A stretch of 64,000 nucleotides of DNA, from contig NW_026781890.1 of the NCBI RefSeq assembly GCF_031769215.1, forward strand, positions 248,001 to 312,000, in the 5' to 3' direction. The stretch comes from Ylistrum balloti. Its lineage: Eukaryota. Positions 1 through 12,270 of this stretch are shown here, in pieces. Position 1 is the stretch's first letter. Each line of letters opens with the position of its first letter. The position numbers were made by a program, and so were the translations under genes. Under the pieces are notes generated by a model, which had not been told where the DNA came from, did no database searches, and saw only the letters and a list, made by a program, of their open reading frames with translations.

Positions 1-724
1 CTCCACAGATGAGCCATTAAATAGCATAAATCATAACATTATATGAGAGATGTCTGCCATTGTTGTTCAGCATATTTGATACATTCATTGACCTTGAAAT
101 GGAGGAGACTACAGAATCTAATGGGATAAAGGCCAAAGATATTTTCAATACCGGCATGGAGGTTTTGATTATTAAATAGTGGGCTTAAGATAAAAGAAAC
201 AATGCCCATATTTACTAACAGTACTTATAAGGAGATATTTTACAGCTCTCTAGATACCATTGCTACACAGGTATATACAATACAGCTGTGAACCCACCAG
301 TGGTAGATTTCATGCCATGGTGAGGGAGAATTCTACATATTTACTATAAAGATATAGCCCAGCTGGATCCGATTTACAAAAATTAAAAAAAATACCAAAA
401 AATACTGTTCTGTGTGCTAGATTCCTAATTGTCCTAAAAATATTTCAAAACATACAGGCTTGTAGCCTATATTTAAGGATTGATTAAGGAGACAAAATTG
501 ATATCTTGAATTTGAACACTGACTTAAGTGTAACCATAGGAATAGTTCTATGATTATAGGTTCTAAAGATATAACTGCTTGGTGATTAAAGCTTATTTGT
601 TGTAGCTTGTATTTAAGGAATTTCCTACAACTGTATTACAGTCAAATGTCTTCACAACCAAAAATCTGTGCGCAAGTGTTATTGTACAAAAATGTACTAG
701 ATTGTAATCACATTAAACCTTTAG

Positions 725-946
725 GCGCCAAACATTTCTCACGATGTACAGCTCAGCACCAAATATTTCTCACGATGTACAGTTCAGCGCCAAATATTTT
801 CCGGAAAATATCCGAAAACAATGGCAAAAATTGTCGACTAAAGTCGCCTATGGCTGCCTGTCTGCATGTCGACTTTAGTCGCCTATGGCAGCCTGTCTGC
901 ATGTCAACTTTAGTCGCCTATGGCAGCCTGTCTGCATATCAACTTT
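725..946. repeat. Two short adjacent tandem repeats: 31-bp unit x~2.5 (725-799) and 35-bp unit x3 (841-946)
   Basis: gcgcca/gcacca recurs at 725, 756, 787; gtcgcctatgg recurs at 843, 878, 913. Confidence 0.85.
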
Positions 947-1239
947 AGGGTTAAGATGCAATCAGCTAAATGTGTGTTGTTATGCTAGAATGGTCGCAAA
1001 ACTTACAAAATTGTTAGAGTGTGCTAATGGACAGGATTCTGCTATGCATCATAGTGCTAGGATGCGAAGCTTTATTGTGCTGAAACAATATAAGGTGAAT
1101 TGTGTTACTTGAATGTAATTGTATGCATGTGCTAACATGCACAATTCTGCAATATGTCCAAATTGTTTGAATGTGGCTTTGCTAAATCATATGAGTTGGC
1201 TTAAATGCCTGATTGTATGTATAATGTTTATTATTTTGC

Positions 1240-1545
1240 TAGCATGTGAATCAGCTAAATTGTGTATGTGTGTTAGAATTCATGATTCTGCTGAATATGT
1301 ATTATAATGCTAGGATGTGATTCAGCTAAATTGTGTGGGTTAGAATTCATGATTCTGCTGAATATGTATTATAATGCTAGGATGTGATTCAGCTAAATTG
1401 TGTGGGTTAGAATTCATGATTCTGCTTAATATGTATTATAATGCTAGGATGTGATTCAGCTAAATTGTGTGTGTTAGAATTCATGATTCTGCTTAATATG
1501 TATTATAATGCTAGCATGTGATTCTGCTAAATTTTACGCATTTGC
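1240..1545. repeat. 67-bp minisatellite, ~4 good copies inside a longer degenerate tract (~950-1710)
   Basis: gattctgct(g/t)aatatg at 1284, 1351, 1418, 1485. Confidence 0.85.
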
Positions 1546-2306
1546 CAAAATGTCTGATTCTGCTGAGTGTGTATTAACATTAACCTTAACATTTAGCATG
1601 TTATAACTACCAATAACGGCTGACATGACATGTAGTGTTACAATGTAAATCTGCTTAATTGTATGACATTGTGTGTGTTAAAAATGCTGATTCTGCTAAA
1701 AGTATATTATGCTGTTGAAATATTATTACACTAGAGTGATGCTGCTAAAGAAATGGGTGTGGTGCATATTCCAAACTCCACAGCCTGTATCATACAGACA
1801 GAGGGTTTGGACTTTGTAGCAAACACCTGTGCTGTTTAAGGTATAACATGCGGAAATCAAAATTTTATTGTGTGAAAAACAAATATTTGGCTCAAATTTG
1901 ATTATGCTAAAACTAGCATTGCTGTGTATGCAAGTATGATTATTGACAAGAATGTTATAGAATACTGTATATAGGACAAATACATTACAGATAAGGTAGA
2001 AATCTGTTTTAGTAACACCAGCCACCACCCCTACCATCCTTTGGGAATTACTTTGTAAAGTTAGGTGTGTGATGTGGTAGTACTGATTTCTCAAACAGAA
2101 GTGAACTAGTACATTTAAACATCTTTATCATTTTGCAAGTATTGGTGAAGTGTTGTTAGCTGCACCATAAGTTACTTTGCCTACTGTTGCAAATTGAAAA
2201 TGCCGAAATGTTTTAACTTTCAATTTACGAATTAAGTCACAATAAGGTTACTGATAGGTAGGGTATGAAACCCAAACTTCAAGAAAATTTGAAAATGTTT
2301 ACCATC

Positions 2307-2487
2307 AGTTTATAAATTAAGTTAGAAGTAGGTATTTGATGGGAGAATAGGTTTATAAATTAAGTTAGAGGTAGGCATTTGATAGGGAGAGGAGGTTTAT
2401 AAATTAAGTTAGAGGTAGGCATTTGATAGGGAGAGGAGGTTTATAAATTAAGTTAGAAGTAGGCATTTAATAGGGAGAGAAGGTTTG
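2307..2487. repeat. 44-bp minisatellite x~4
   Basis: tataaattaagttaga(g/a)gtagg recurs at about 2311, 2354, 2398, 2442. Confidence 0.9.
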
Positions 2488-5400
2488 AACCATTAATTTA
2501 TAGAATCTAATCACATAGAACATATGTAGTATTGTAGTTATAGTGTGAGATTTACATCAACGCCCTTGACAGTTCATAGAGTAGGACATTCCAGTTGTTT
2601 TTCTGTTTATCATGTTAACATAGTAACTTACTATGTTGTTAATTGTTAATTGGTATTTAATTACACTGTAGAACCAGTATAAAACTTCAGGAAAATCTTT
2701 ATATACCAGATTTTCTGTGTTTGACAACACTTTTGTTTATCATTATATAGAGACATTTTAGTGTATGGCACTGTAAAATAAGTTCCCTTTTGTACCAATG
2801 GTATTAAGCCTAAACTCCCTTGTAATCATTCATCAGTTTTACACAAGCACTGTTCCAAAACATTTACATCCTGTGTGTTGATGTTAGTATATCATACCTA
2901 TATTTAAGCTGTGGTTAGCTGTTTGTTCCCACTAATGGAATCAAATATGTTCTCATTAATATTATATATAAGTCACCATGAAGTATTGCCCAGTCATGTT
3001 TCTATTAATCATTGTAATTTTATTCTTCCATGTTGAGGTACTGGTACAGGGTTGTAAATAAGTTTAAATTGATCATAAGGGTTCCTTTTTCTCATGATTT
3101 AAAGACTGTAACATTTGAGACAAATTCTATAACATTGTATGCAGATTAGGACATCGATCACACATAACGTATACCTGTAAATACTAGATATATAAAGAAT
3201 TTTACATGAGTTCCTATTTGACTCGTATAATTTAGGAAGCAAATCTCAGTATTTTTCATTTTTGCAGGCTATATTGTTTAATATTTCATTATCTATACCT
3301 TAAATATAAAGGAACCCATTTGGTAAATGTATTTAACAGTGATGTAGCTGAACTCAGTATCTGTATAATTTTCACTTTCTTTATTTGTTGCTTAATGTCA
3401 TCAATTTCTAAGGTAATCAGGCCCTCCAGAATAACTGATCAATCAGGCGAGTATTAACTATTTCCTGCCTTTGAGGCAACTGACCAATCAGACAAGAGAT
3501 TTCTATTCACTGCCTCCAAAACCATTGATTTTCTGCTCATGGAAATGAAGTGATATCATAGACTACACTCTTTACGTGATACTGCCATACTCTTTATACA
3601 ATGTACATCTTAATATTTTTAACATGTATTAAACAGATAATAAATTTAAAGGTATGTTTTTACCTGTGAATAGCTCTCATTTCAGTAGTTCCAATGGTAG
3701 GCATGCAAATTTCAATTCTATTGTGCTATGTAGTGTCTTCATGTAGAAATTGATATTCTGTTGAACTAAGGGATTAAATGTGTTAATAAAGTTACGATCC
3801 ATGTATGCCATATATTGCCAGTTCAGATTTACATAGAGAGCAGCTACATCACTGATAAAAGCGTTGTCAGACTAATACATATGAATTAAAATAGACCATC
3901 TGTATGTATAAAGACTTCATTGAAGCAAACATCGTAACTTAGGTAAATATTTTCTGATGGTTTATTTATATCTTGAGATAACAGTTATGTTCTGTGCCAA
4001 CATGTAAAGATTTTACATTTTTTGATACATTTCTATGTTTATATGTAGATTACTGTGTATGTGTTGTTTTCTAGAATATTTCACCAATAATTGTTAACAT
4101 TGGATGAAATTGTTAAGGTCAGAGGTCAAAAATAGCACAGCTATTGGAATAATTCCCAGTGAAACTATATCGCTCACCCTTGACCCCCTCTAATAGAATT
4201 CAGTTCTTGATCTGATACTCTAGAACCCAATAATTATGTCATTATATAGTTTCCCTTGTCAAGATATTGAGCCAGTTCATTGAAATTGTAGGCAGCCATC
4301 TTGGATTTTGACAATTAAGATTACTATGGCCGTTTCTCGTAGGTCTATGTTCCCCTTGTCCCTCTTTGATTTTGAGACTGACAGGAAAATAGTGGAGAGG
4401 CATCAATGAAATTCTAAAGTTCAGTTTAGAAAATGATTTAAGATTCAATTGATCTTTCACATACTTGTTTGATTTTTCTCAAATTTCACTCACAGATGGG
4501 ATTTCTTTGTTTAATAAATAATGTCACTATATTTATTTTAAACTGTTATTATATAAATCACTCACCTATCAATAAAAGTGATTACTTATCTGTTAGAGCG
4601 ACAGAGTGGAAATATAACATGGAAGATGATACAGATTCAATAAAGATCATATGATGGATGTCACTAAGATCCCACTGGGATCTCTTTTATTTTTTTCAGA
4701 AATTCTATATTTTATTTTTTTTGTTAGAAAAACATTGATTTATGTTGTAAAATGTCTGAACAGCCACCATACGTAATGTGTTGTTATAGATTTATAGAGT
4801 TATAAGATATGAGATTTGTGGTGTAGTGAAGTCAAATTGTTATTACCTTCAAGCATTAAATATTCCCTATATATTTAAACACATTGTTGAGTTTTTGTCA
4901 ATTTTTACTTATCTGGTGTTTTTGATCTGAAACCTGCTGTAGCAAATCATCTCGTTCATCACAAGATTTTTCTCCATATGCCAGACTTCTCAAGAATCAT
5001 GCCATTTCAAGTTAAGCTTTAATTTGTCTACGCCTTTAATTGAATATGGTTAAATTATGGTCAGTATTTAAAGTATATTAACCATGGTATATTTGTCCCT
5101 AAACTGTTTACACTGTAGGCATGAAGGATTTTTTTAACAAAGCTGTAGTTGTACTTACAATGTTGCGAAACATCATATAACATTTATTGAAATTGGACAT
5201 TATTGAAATTTTGACAAATCCATGTTAGCAAATATTTGACCATTTTGTGAAATGAGGAAAAAAATTAAGTCGTGTTTGCTAACCTATTATCATACCAGGT
5301 GTTACAGGAGAGTGAACATCTTCAATTAACCGACAACGACCAACTAATAAATCCAAGTAACATATAGCAACAGGCACTAAGGAAGACAATCTCTCCAAAT

Positions 5401-5497
5401 GAGTCGCCATGAACAAATTTTCATCATTTCTAATGACCCATCCAACAAGGAGGGGAACATTATCTGTTACCTGTTACCTGTTCATAGACACCACTTG

Positions 5498-8330
5498 TTA
5501 AGTTATCTCAGCTAATTGAGGTGCATTTTGTTGAGTCAACTCGTTGTCAGGTTGTGCCACATAAACACTAGGATAAAACTTGAACGTTACTTGTTGCCAG
5601 TGTTTGTTCAAAAGACTCTTAAAAGTGTTTGGGGTAGCGGCTTCTATTACAGTGTTTGGAAGAGAATTCCAAAGATCCAATACACGTCGACTAAAAGTCC
5701 CTTTAATGACATTTGTCCTGCTATGCTTCTTGAAAAGTTTTTTACTATTACCTATTATCTAGTAGAGGCTGTGGACATCGTAAATAGTTTGTCTTTGTCA
5801 AGTTTGTCAATGTTGTTTAGGATTTTATATACCTCAACCATATCGTTTCTTTTACGTCTCTACTCTAAAGTTGGAAGACCTAGCTTTTTTAACCTGGCAT
5901 GATATGGTAAGTTCTCTATGGAAGTGTACTTTCTTGGTGACCCTGCGCTGAACATTCTCAATTGCAATCTGATCTTTTACTAAGACAGGTGACCATACCT
6001 GAGTAGCATACTCAAGATTGGGACGTATTAAACTTTTATACAAGTTTAAAAACATAGCAATGTCCATGAAGACAAAAGTTCTAAAGATTAATCCAGCAAC
6101 ACGATTCCCTTTGTTAACTGCTTGACTCACATGTTTACTAAATTTTAATGTGTTGTCGAACACTACACCTAAATATTTTCCTTTGTAAACCTTTTCTATT
6201 TGTTTGTTAGATGAAAAATAATATTTTGTGTTCTGATCAATGTTGCCGATGTTTAGGTGTTTGTATTTCATTGTGTTCTAAGACATTTTCCAGTCTATTG
6301 TCCACTTGATAATGTTGTCAATGTCTGATTGGAGCTCTTGTGATTTAGATAGGTTAATGTTGCTTTTGAAAAGTTTGGAGTTGTCAGCGAACAATTTCAT
6401 AGTGCTGTGTTGTGTTACGTCAGAGAGGTCATTGATATAGATCAGAAATAGAACAGGACCAAGGACACTGCCTTGGGGTACACCGCTTGTCACATCAACT
6501 AGACCAGACTTCTCGCCTTTGATAGATACTTGTTGTTTTAGGTTAGTAAGAAAGTCTTCAATCCACCTCAAAGCTTTTTCAATGATGCCGTAGGCTTCTA
6601 TTTTTTTCAAGAGGCGTTTATGGGGCACTTTGTCAATAGTTTTGCTGAAATCCAAATAAATTGTATCGATATTTTCTCTATTGTCAATGGCTTCTGACCA
6701 ATGTTCTATAACTTCCAATAGGTTTGTGGTACACGACTTCCCTGACCTGAAGCCATGTTGGTGTTCAGAAAATGATTCATTTTTGTCCACGTGTTCTACA
6801 ATTTTGTCTCGCACTATCCTCTGTAATATATGCCAGGAACTGATGTAAAACTGATAGGGCGATAGTTTTCAACTTTGTTGTGGTTTCCACTTTTAAATAT
6901 CGGTGTTATATTGGCAATACGCCAGTCATCGGAGATTTTGCCCTCGTCCAATGATTTCCTGAATAAGATTAATGGTTTGGGAATTTCGTCAGCTGTTTCA
7001 ACGATGAATTTTGGATGGAAAATGTCTGGACCTGGGGATTTGTTTGGCTTTAGTTTCTTGATAGCTTTTAAAATTATGCTGTGATTGATTTCAATATCTG
7101 AAAGTTCAGTTTGGTACGGTCTGTGAGGAAAGTTTGGTTCTTTATCGATGTCAGGAGGATTGAAGATTTTTCCAAAGAAGTTGTTCAGTTAATTGGCGGT
7201 TTCCCAGATTCTATTGGTTCTACTACCGTCAGCTTTTTCCACGTTGGTTACAGACATACCTGTTCGTGTTTTTTCTCGAACATATTTCCAGAAGAGTTTA
7301 CTGTTTTCTTCAATGTTATGAGCCAATTTCTTCTCATATGTGAAGTGGGAACGTCGGATTTAGTGTGTGGCAGCATTTCTAACTTTCTGGTAAGCTCCGA
7401 AATTACTTCCAGTTTGGCAATGCAGATAACGAATCCACTTGCGGCGAATCGACTGCTTGGCCTCTATATCAAGATGTGATATCCATCGTACACGATTTTG
7501 AGTTGCCTTGTTCACGAGTATTTTATCATCTACTAACTCGGATAAGGTTATAGCAAAGACCCTTCAAGAATGGTTTAATGTCATGTCGACCTCTTGTAGA
7601 GTATTTTGTCACTAGGTGAATTAAAGTTCCTCATTAATGGCATCAAAGTTACCTTTGTCATAATTTCTCCTTTCTGGCTTGTTTGGTGTCCCTTCATGTG
7701 AAATACACAATTTAAAACCAAGTAAAATATGGTCTCTTCTTCCTATGCTAGGTAAGTAGTCCACTTCTTCAATCATTCCTTCCTCATTACTGAAAACTTT
7801 GTCAAGGACTGTGGGATTCTGACCTTCCCGGTACCGTGTTGGATATTGAAAGGTGTCTCGGATACATTCAAGAAAGTGTGTTTCAGAAACGCTTGTGGTC
7901 CATTCAGACCAATCAATTTCTGGAAAGCTGAAATCAGGAGGTAGCTGGCATTCCTAGATCGGATTTCCCTCAAAAGGCTAACTAGTTGTATAAAATTTTC
8001 TTGTGTGATATTAGGACTGCGGTAGATGTTAGCCACAAGAAGCTTATTTCCGTTATTTATTCTTAGCTCTACAGACAGATGCTCATAAAATGTTGTGGCA
8101 TATGTCACCTTTTCCACTGTTAGATGTTCGACAGTGTAAATAGCTACTCCACGTCCATTATCCTTGTTAATGAAAATTTAAAGCCTGGTATATTATAAAA
8201 GCATACGTCCAGTGGTAATGATTTGTTCTTTGGGTGAATTTCAGTTAACAATATCATGCTTGGGGATTTCTCTATCACAAGTGTTTTAAGCTCTTCTAAT
8301 TGTTTGTGGTCAGGACATCCACATTTGCAT
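5498..8330 (-). pseudogene. LINE ORF2 (APE endonuclease + reverse transcriptase), fragmented
   Basis: GRGVAIY...LLVANIYRSPN (endonuclease, ~8020-8170). QHGFRSGKSCTTNLL, YLDFSK, GVPQGSVLGPVLFLIYINDL, LFADNSK (RT, 6278-6814). RPNLEYATQVWSP and LWNSLP (CR1-type C-terminus). The ORF2 start position is approximate. Confidence 0.92.
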
Positions 8331-8385
8331 AAAAAATGAGGAGGTTGATAAGAGAATCACTATTTACAGATGTAAAACTTATGTC

Positions 8386-9468
8386 CTATTCTGATTGATC
8401 TCCATGGGTCCCAGCAAAGGGTTGCAGGTTTGGGACACCGCTTAATACTGTCTGATCGGGATCAAAATTGTCAAGCGTTTCCATATCATTGTACTGTGAT
8501 TCTGAATGTGGATTCCTGTGTACGAGATGTCTAGAAGCTCCAATAGGACTAAATGGTGGGGCACTTGACAAGGAGGATGTTGTATTCATTGCGTGTACAG
8601 AATCATTATCAAAGTCTCCGTAATGTTCCTTGGTTGCTGCTTGGCTGATATCGGAAGTTGTTTTTTTCTTGCTCCTTTTATCTTTGAGCTCTTCTTGTTG
8701 TTGCTTTGTTGAGTCACGTTTTATATCTACTTTCTAGAGACGAGTGGGACATTTCTTAGCAATGTTGGTCACATTTTCAAGGTTTTGTTTCCTTTGTTGT
8801 TTATTGCTTAGTACGACTTTTACAGGACGAATTTTGGCTTCAGCGTATCTACCAATTCTAAAATGTGTTAGAATATCCAAGTTGGGTACATCAAGTTGTT
8901 ATAAGTCTGATGTCCTCTTCATCTTCCATTTTCTTTTGCTTGCCATCACTATTGATTTTTTCAGGAATGTTGAATATGACAATGTTTGTGTTTCTCCTCC
9001 GTCGATCATCAAGTTCCCTTACTCTTTCATCTATAACTTTTTCAATACCTGCCTTGATTTCTCCACATCTGTTACATGTACTTCCTTGGTGTTTTTCGAT
9101 AGCTTTGCTAACTTATCATCATGATCTGATTCAAGATTTTCTACTTTAACATCCAGCTTCTCTGTTTCCTTTTCAAGATTAGCAAGTCTTTTATAGTGGG
9201 TATGTTTGACATCGGAGATAGTTTTACTGATGTTTTCCAGTGTGGGTAGAATGTATGTTCAAGAGAGGCATGTACATCTGAAGTCCGACATTTCACCGTC
9301 AGCTAGTAAATTGACAATATTTCCATTCACATTAGCACAGGCAGGACAGAAATTCAAATGACAACCATTGCATGCTATGGACAATCTGAAAACAGGTTCC
9401 CGATCGCATCTTGAGCAAACATCATCTGGCGGAGCCTTTTTCTTCTTACGAGTATGCTAATCTGCCAT
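8386..9468 (-). pseudogene. LINE ORF1 with N-terminal PHD finger and coiled coil, disrupted
   Basis: ATG at 9468, then CSRC...CNGCHLNFCPAC...CTCLS (PHD-like Cys pattern), a heptad-rich segment and ELDDRRRRNTNIVIFNIPE typical of CR1/L2 ORF1. Internal stops and frameshifts. Confidence 0.8.
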
Positions 9469-9519
9469 CGTGATTCAATCTTTAGGACCAATTCTCACAG
9501 TATACTATAGTATCTGAAT

Positions 9520-9898
9520 TAGCATGGTTACCATGCCAGTCATATGTACAGTAGATAATGGAGGAATCAGTATCAAGATAACATAATTCTAATATCGAAA
9601 TTGATTAGCAGTAAAACAAATGAATACTATCAGTTAGCAGTGTACTAGCATGGTTTCAATGCCGGTCAAGTGACAACAAACTTTTACAATTTAAAAGGTC
9701 AATCACTCAACTGCAGTTAACCAGCACGGTTACCATGCCTGTCACATAACAGTTGATAGAGCTATTATTCTCTACAAACTAACAGTAATTAATTACGTAG
9801 CACCGTTACCATGGCAATCACAGAAAGCTACTACACAAGATGTCTGGTCTAGTGATGGATATATGAAGATCAGACTAGCACGGTTACCATGCCAGTCT
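9520..9898 (-). promoter_or_regulatory. Five copies of a 23-bp motif (TGACnGGCATGGTAACCRTGCTA, LINE sense) in the LINE 5' UTR; RFX X-box-like
   Basis: Copies start (plus coordinates) at 9520, 9646, 9722, 9798, 9876 with unrelated spacers. The CATGGTAAC core matches the RFX half-site. Regulatory function is inferred. Confidence 0.55.
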
Positions 9899-11097
9899 GT
9901 AAGAAACTCACAGGTTGTCTGGTCAAGTAGCATAGGTATTAAACATGCACATGTGTATAAATTGTTTGTGTTTGTGTTTGTAATATGGTCAGAATATATG
10001 TGTATATGACTAAGAACTTAACAGACTTTGCTAGGTAAATGAAAAATAAAACCGGAGACTAATTATTCTCTGTGTCTTCGTCAGTATCCGATTGCAGAAC
10101 ATCATGTGTAACCCCACTGTGCCCCCGTTCGCGTTGTGTTCCCGAAGAAAAAGCCAAGTCCAAATTCCTTTCTACTTGTTGTTTATATATAGCACAGTGA
10201 AGTCCACAAGAAGGCTCGCTCCCTATCACGCTTCCGTAGAGTCAGTCCCACAAACGGAAGTTGTCCCTTTGGCATCCCTAGATCCAAGTGCAATGAGCAG
10301 CGAAAACTGCCCAGTATTTATAGGGGAATCCAAAAGTCCGACAACTCCGCAGGTGGAAATTCCTCAAGAACAATGGTTGATCCTGGCGACCCAACCATAT
10401 CAATAATCTGTCAAAATGATACCGATTTGGACACAAAATGCAGAATCTTGGCGCCATTTGTTATTGTGTATGGGATAAGTGCTGATGGATTGGGGATGCA
10501 CATTTAGTGGAACGACCGTTGATTGGTCCATTCCCCAATCCCAGGAAGCTATTGTCTGGAATGACAATTGGTACTACCAGTCTTCAGACCATCGCATATT
10601 GGTCACTATTTACATATAAAATAATCAAATACTTAACAATTACGCAGAACCTAACATCTGCTAAATCGGTCATGTTTACCTTACATACTCATAATGCTGT
10701 ACTAAGCAACTATATACAATTCACTATCTAAACTATTATTTTCTCATGACCTTGAAATATTTTACGTTATAATTATACAATCATCGTTACTCTAACTGCA
10801 CTGCACTGTTTATATATACACATCACATTTGTTTATATGAATTCTGGCTACCATAGTTTACATAAGTCCCTACTTGCCTATGCAGTGCTGGACATGTAAA
10901 GGTCATATTTGGTGCAATATACTATGTACATATTTAACACTCAATTCCTGTTATAAGCTAAATTAAACAACAATGAATTCATGAAAATTATTATTTTCAT
11001 ATTTTAAATTTCCAACCAACATTATATACAATAAAATACTGCTTCCTGTTCATATAACCATTTCCGGTTTAACAACAGAGTGATCTACTTGATAGTG

Positions 11098-11824
11098 TCA
11101 CACATGTTCTGGAGATTCACAACCCCTTCCAATGTCTTTTCTGAAAATTTTTATCCAAGATTCTGCTAATTTTGGACCAGGATGAACACCATCTCTGTAA
11201 AGTGAGAAGTTTGTTTTGTAATGGGTCTTCCTCACGCGTTTTCCACCTTTACTGTTTTTGTACAGTTATTCACTCTCACAGTGGTTTCCACTAAGTCTGA
11301 GTTAGAGTGACAATGTGAGAATTTAATAGATCAACTTGGCGTTGCAGCTCATTATCATCAACGTCGTCGTTCTTGTCAGGGACACATTTATACTCGTTCC
11401 ATTTTTTAAATTGAAATATGAGGGCAGTCTACAAATCATATAAATGCCTTAGGCTGATTTTCAACAAAAGTTTGAGCAGACTGAGACTGTCTTAATATTT
11501 CATGAACTAAAATGTCATCTTTACAACGCAAGGACAATTGTTTCCCAGTCTTCACAGTGAAATGTTCCACTCCACATGTATACAAGTGCCATTATTCTCA
11601 ACTGCCCTCCTCAAACGTGATTTTAGAATATCCACTGGTGTCTCAGCTCTGTAACCAGCCTCAAACCACTTTTTGAATGGGAAGTTATTTGTATCACAAA
11701 CATTAGAAAGCTTAAAACCTTTGCTATCCGTTAGAGGAATAGGTGTTCTCACAGTTCTTGTTGGCTTGTTATTCGAACCATCATCTGTATTTTGAAGGAA
11801 TTTATCAAGACGTTTCACACTCAC
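11098..11824 (-). pseudogene. Decayed SGNH/GDSL-esterase-like ORF, probably transposon-derived
   Basis: Motifs in correct order across frameshifts: PLTDSKG (11717-11731, block I), VYMWSGT, DNELQRQVDLLNSHI and NFSLYRDGVHPGPKLAESW (DGVHP at 11179-11193, block V). Confidence 0.6.
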
Positions 11825-12089
11825 CAGAATGGTCTGTAATCATACACACTAAACACAAGCTCCAGTAAAGTGCCTTTACCTGACCAGCACTGTAAGGTAA
11901 GGCCCACAAGTATACAGGTAAACTTTACTGGTGAGTAGAATTCACACATCTTTACACAATGTTCATAAACTCAATAAGATCGTGCGTCTTCTGCTTCGAT
12001 ACCTTATATTGTAGCAAATCACCAGATTCAAAGTCAACTTTTTCCTCCATGTGCCAAAATTCTCTCAAAAATCATTCAATTTCGAGTTC

Positions 12090-12270
12090 AACTTTTGTTT
12101 TATGAAAACAATAAAACAATTCAGCCAACAAAGGGACACAAATAGTTCCCATAGGTGTAAGAATTGTCTGATTGAAGATCTTATTTCCGAACTCGACGAG
12201 GATGTCCACCAGAAACTCGATCTTCTTTTATGATGGTATCGTCCTCTGTATATTTTGTCTTTGATGTGGA
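12090..12270 (-). mobile_element. Penelope-like element reverse transcriptase remnant
   Basis: Translates KYTEDDTIIKKIEFLVDILVEFGNKIFNQTILTPMGTICVPLLAELF, resembling the PLE RT QxxGIPMGTxCAPLLAxLF region. Confidence 0.6.

Larger units (their letters stand above)
5461..10096 (-). mobile_element. Near full-length, degenerate CR1-clade non-LTR retrotransposon (LINE)
   Basis: On the minus strand: ~630-bp 5' UTR, ORF1 with PHD finger, ORF2 with APE endonuclease and RT, and a 3' (CAGGTAA)n microsatellite tail at ~5461-5482. GAACAT at 5455-5460 and 10097-10102 is a candidate target-site duplication. Many stops and frameshifts. Confidence 0.93.

Noticed and set aside
70-4660. Scattered exon-like segments (e.g. 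71-161 IFDTFIDLEMEE..., 1735-1804 SDAAKEMGVVHIP..., ~2011-2052 TPATTPTILWELL)
   Set aside because: Could not be chained with consistent phases and strong splice sites, and no recognisable protein; needs RNA-seq or tBLASTn
5516-9149. Plus-strand ORFs over the LINE (5516-5902, 7111-7479, 8744-9124, 8865-9149)
   Set aside because: Antisense shadows of the minus-strand LINE coding sequence
9520-9898. CRISPR array
   Set aside because: Spliceosomal eukaryotic context, no cas genes, degenerate copies, long irregular spacers, and location inside a LINE 5' UTR; reported as a motif array instead
10105-10780. Possible solo LTR (TG start, minus-strand TATA at ~10315-10323, TGGCGCC nearby)
   Set aside because: No convincing matching terminus or TSD and no internal coding remnant
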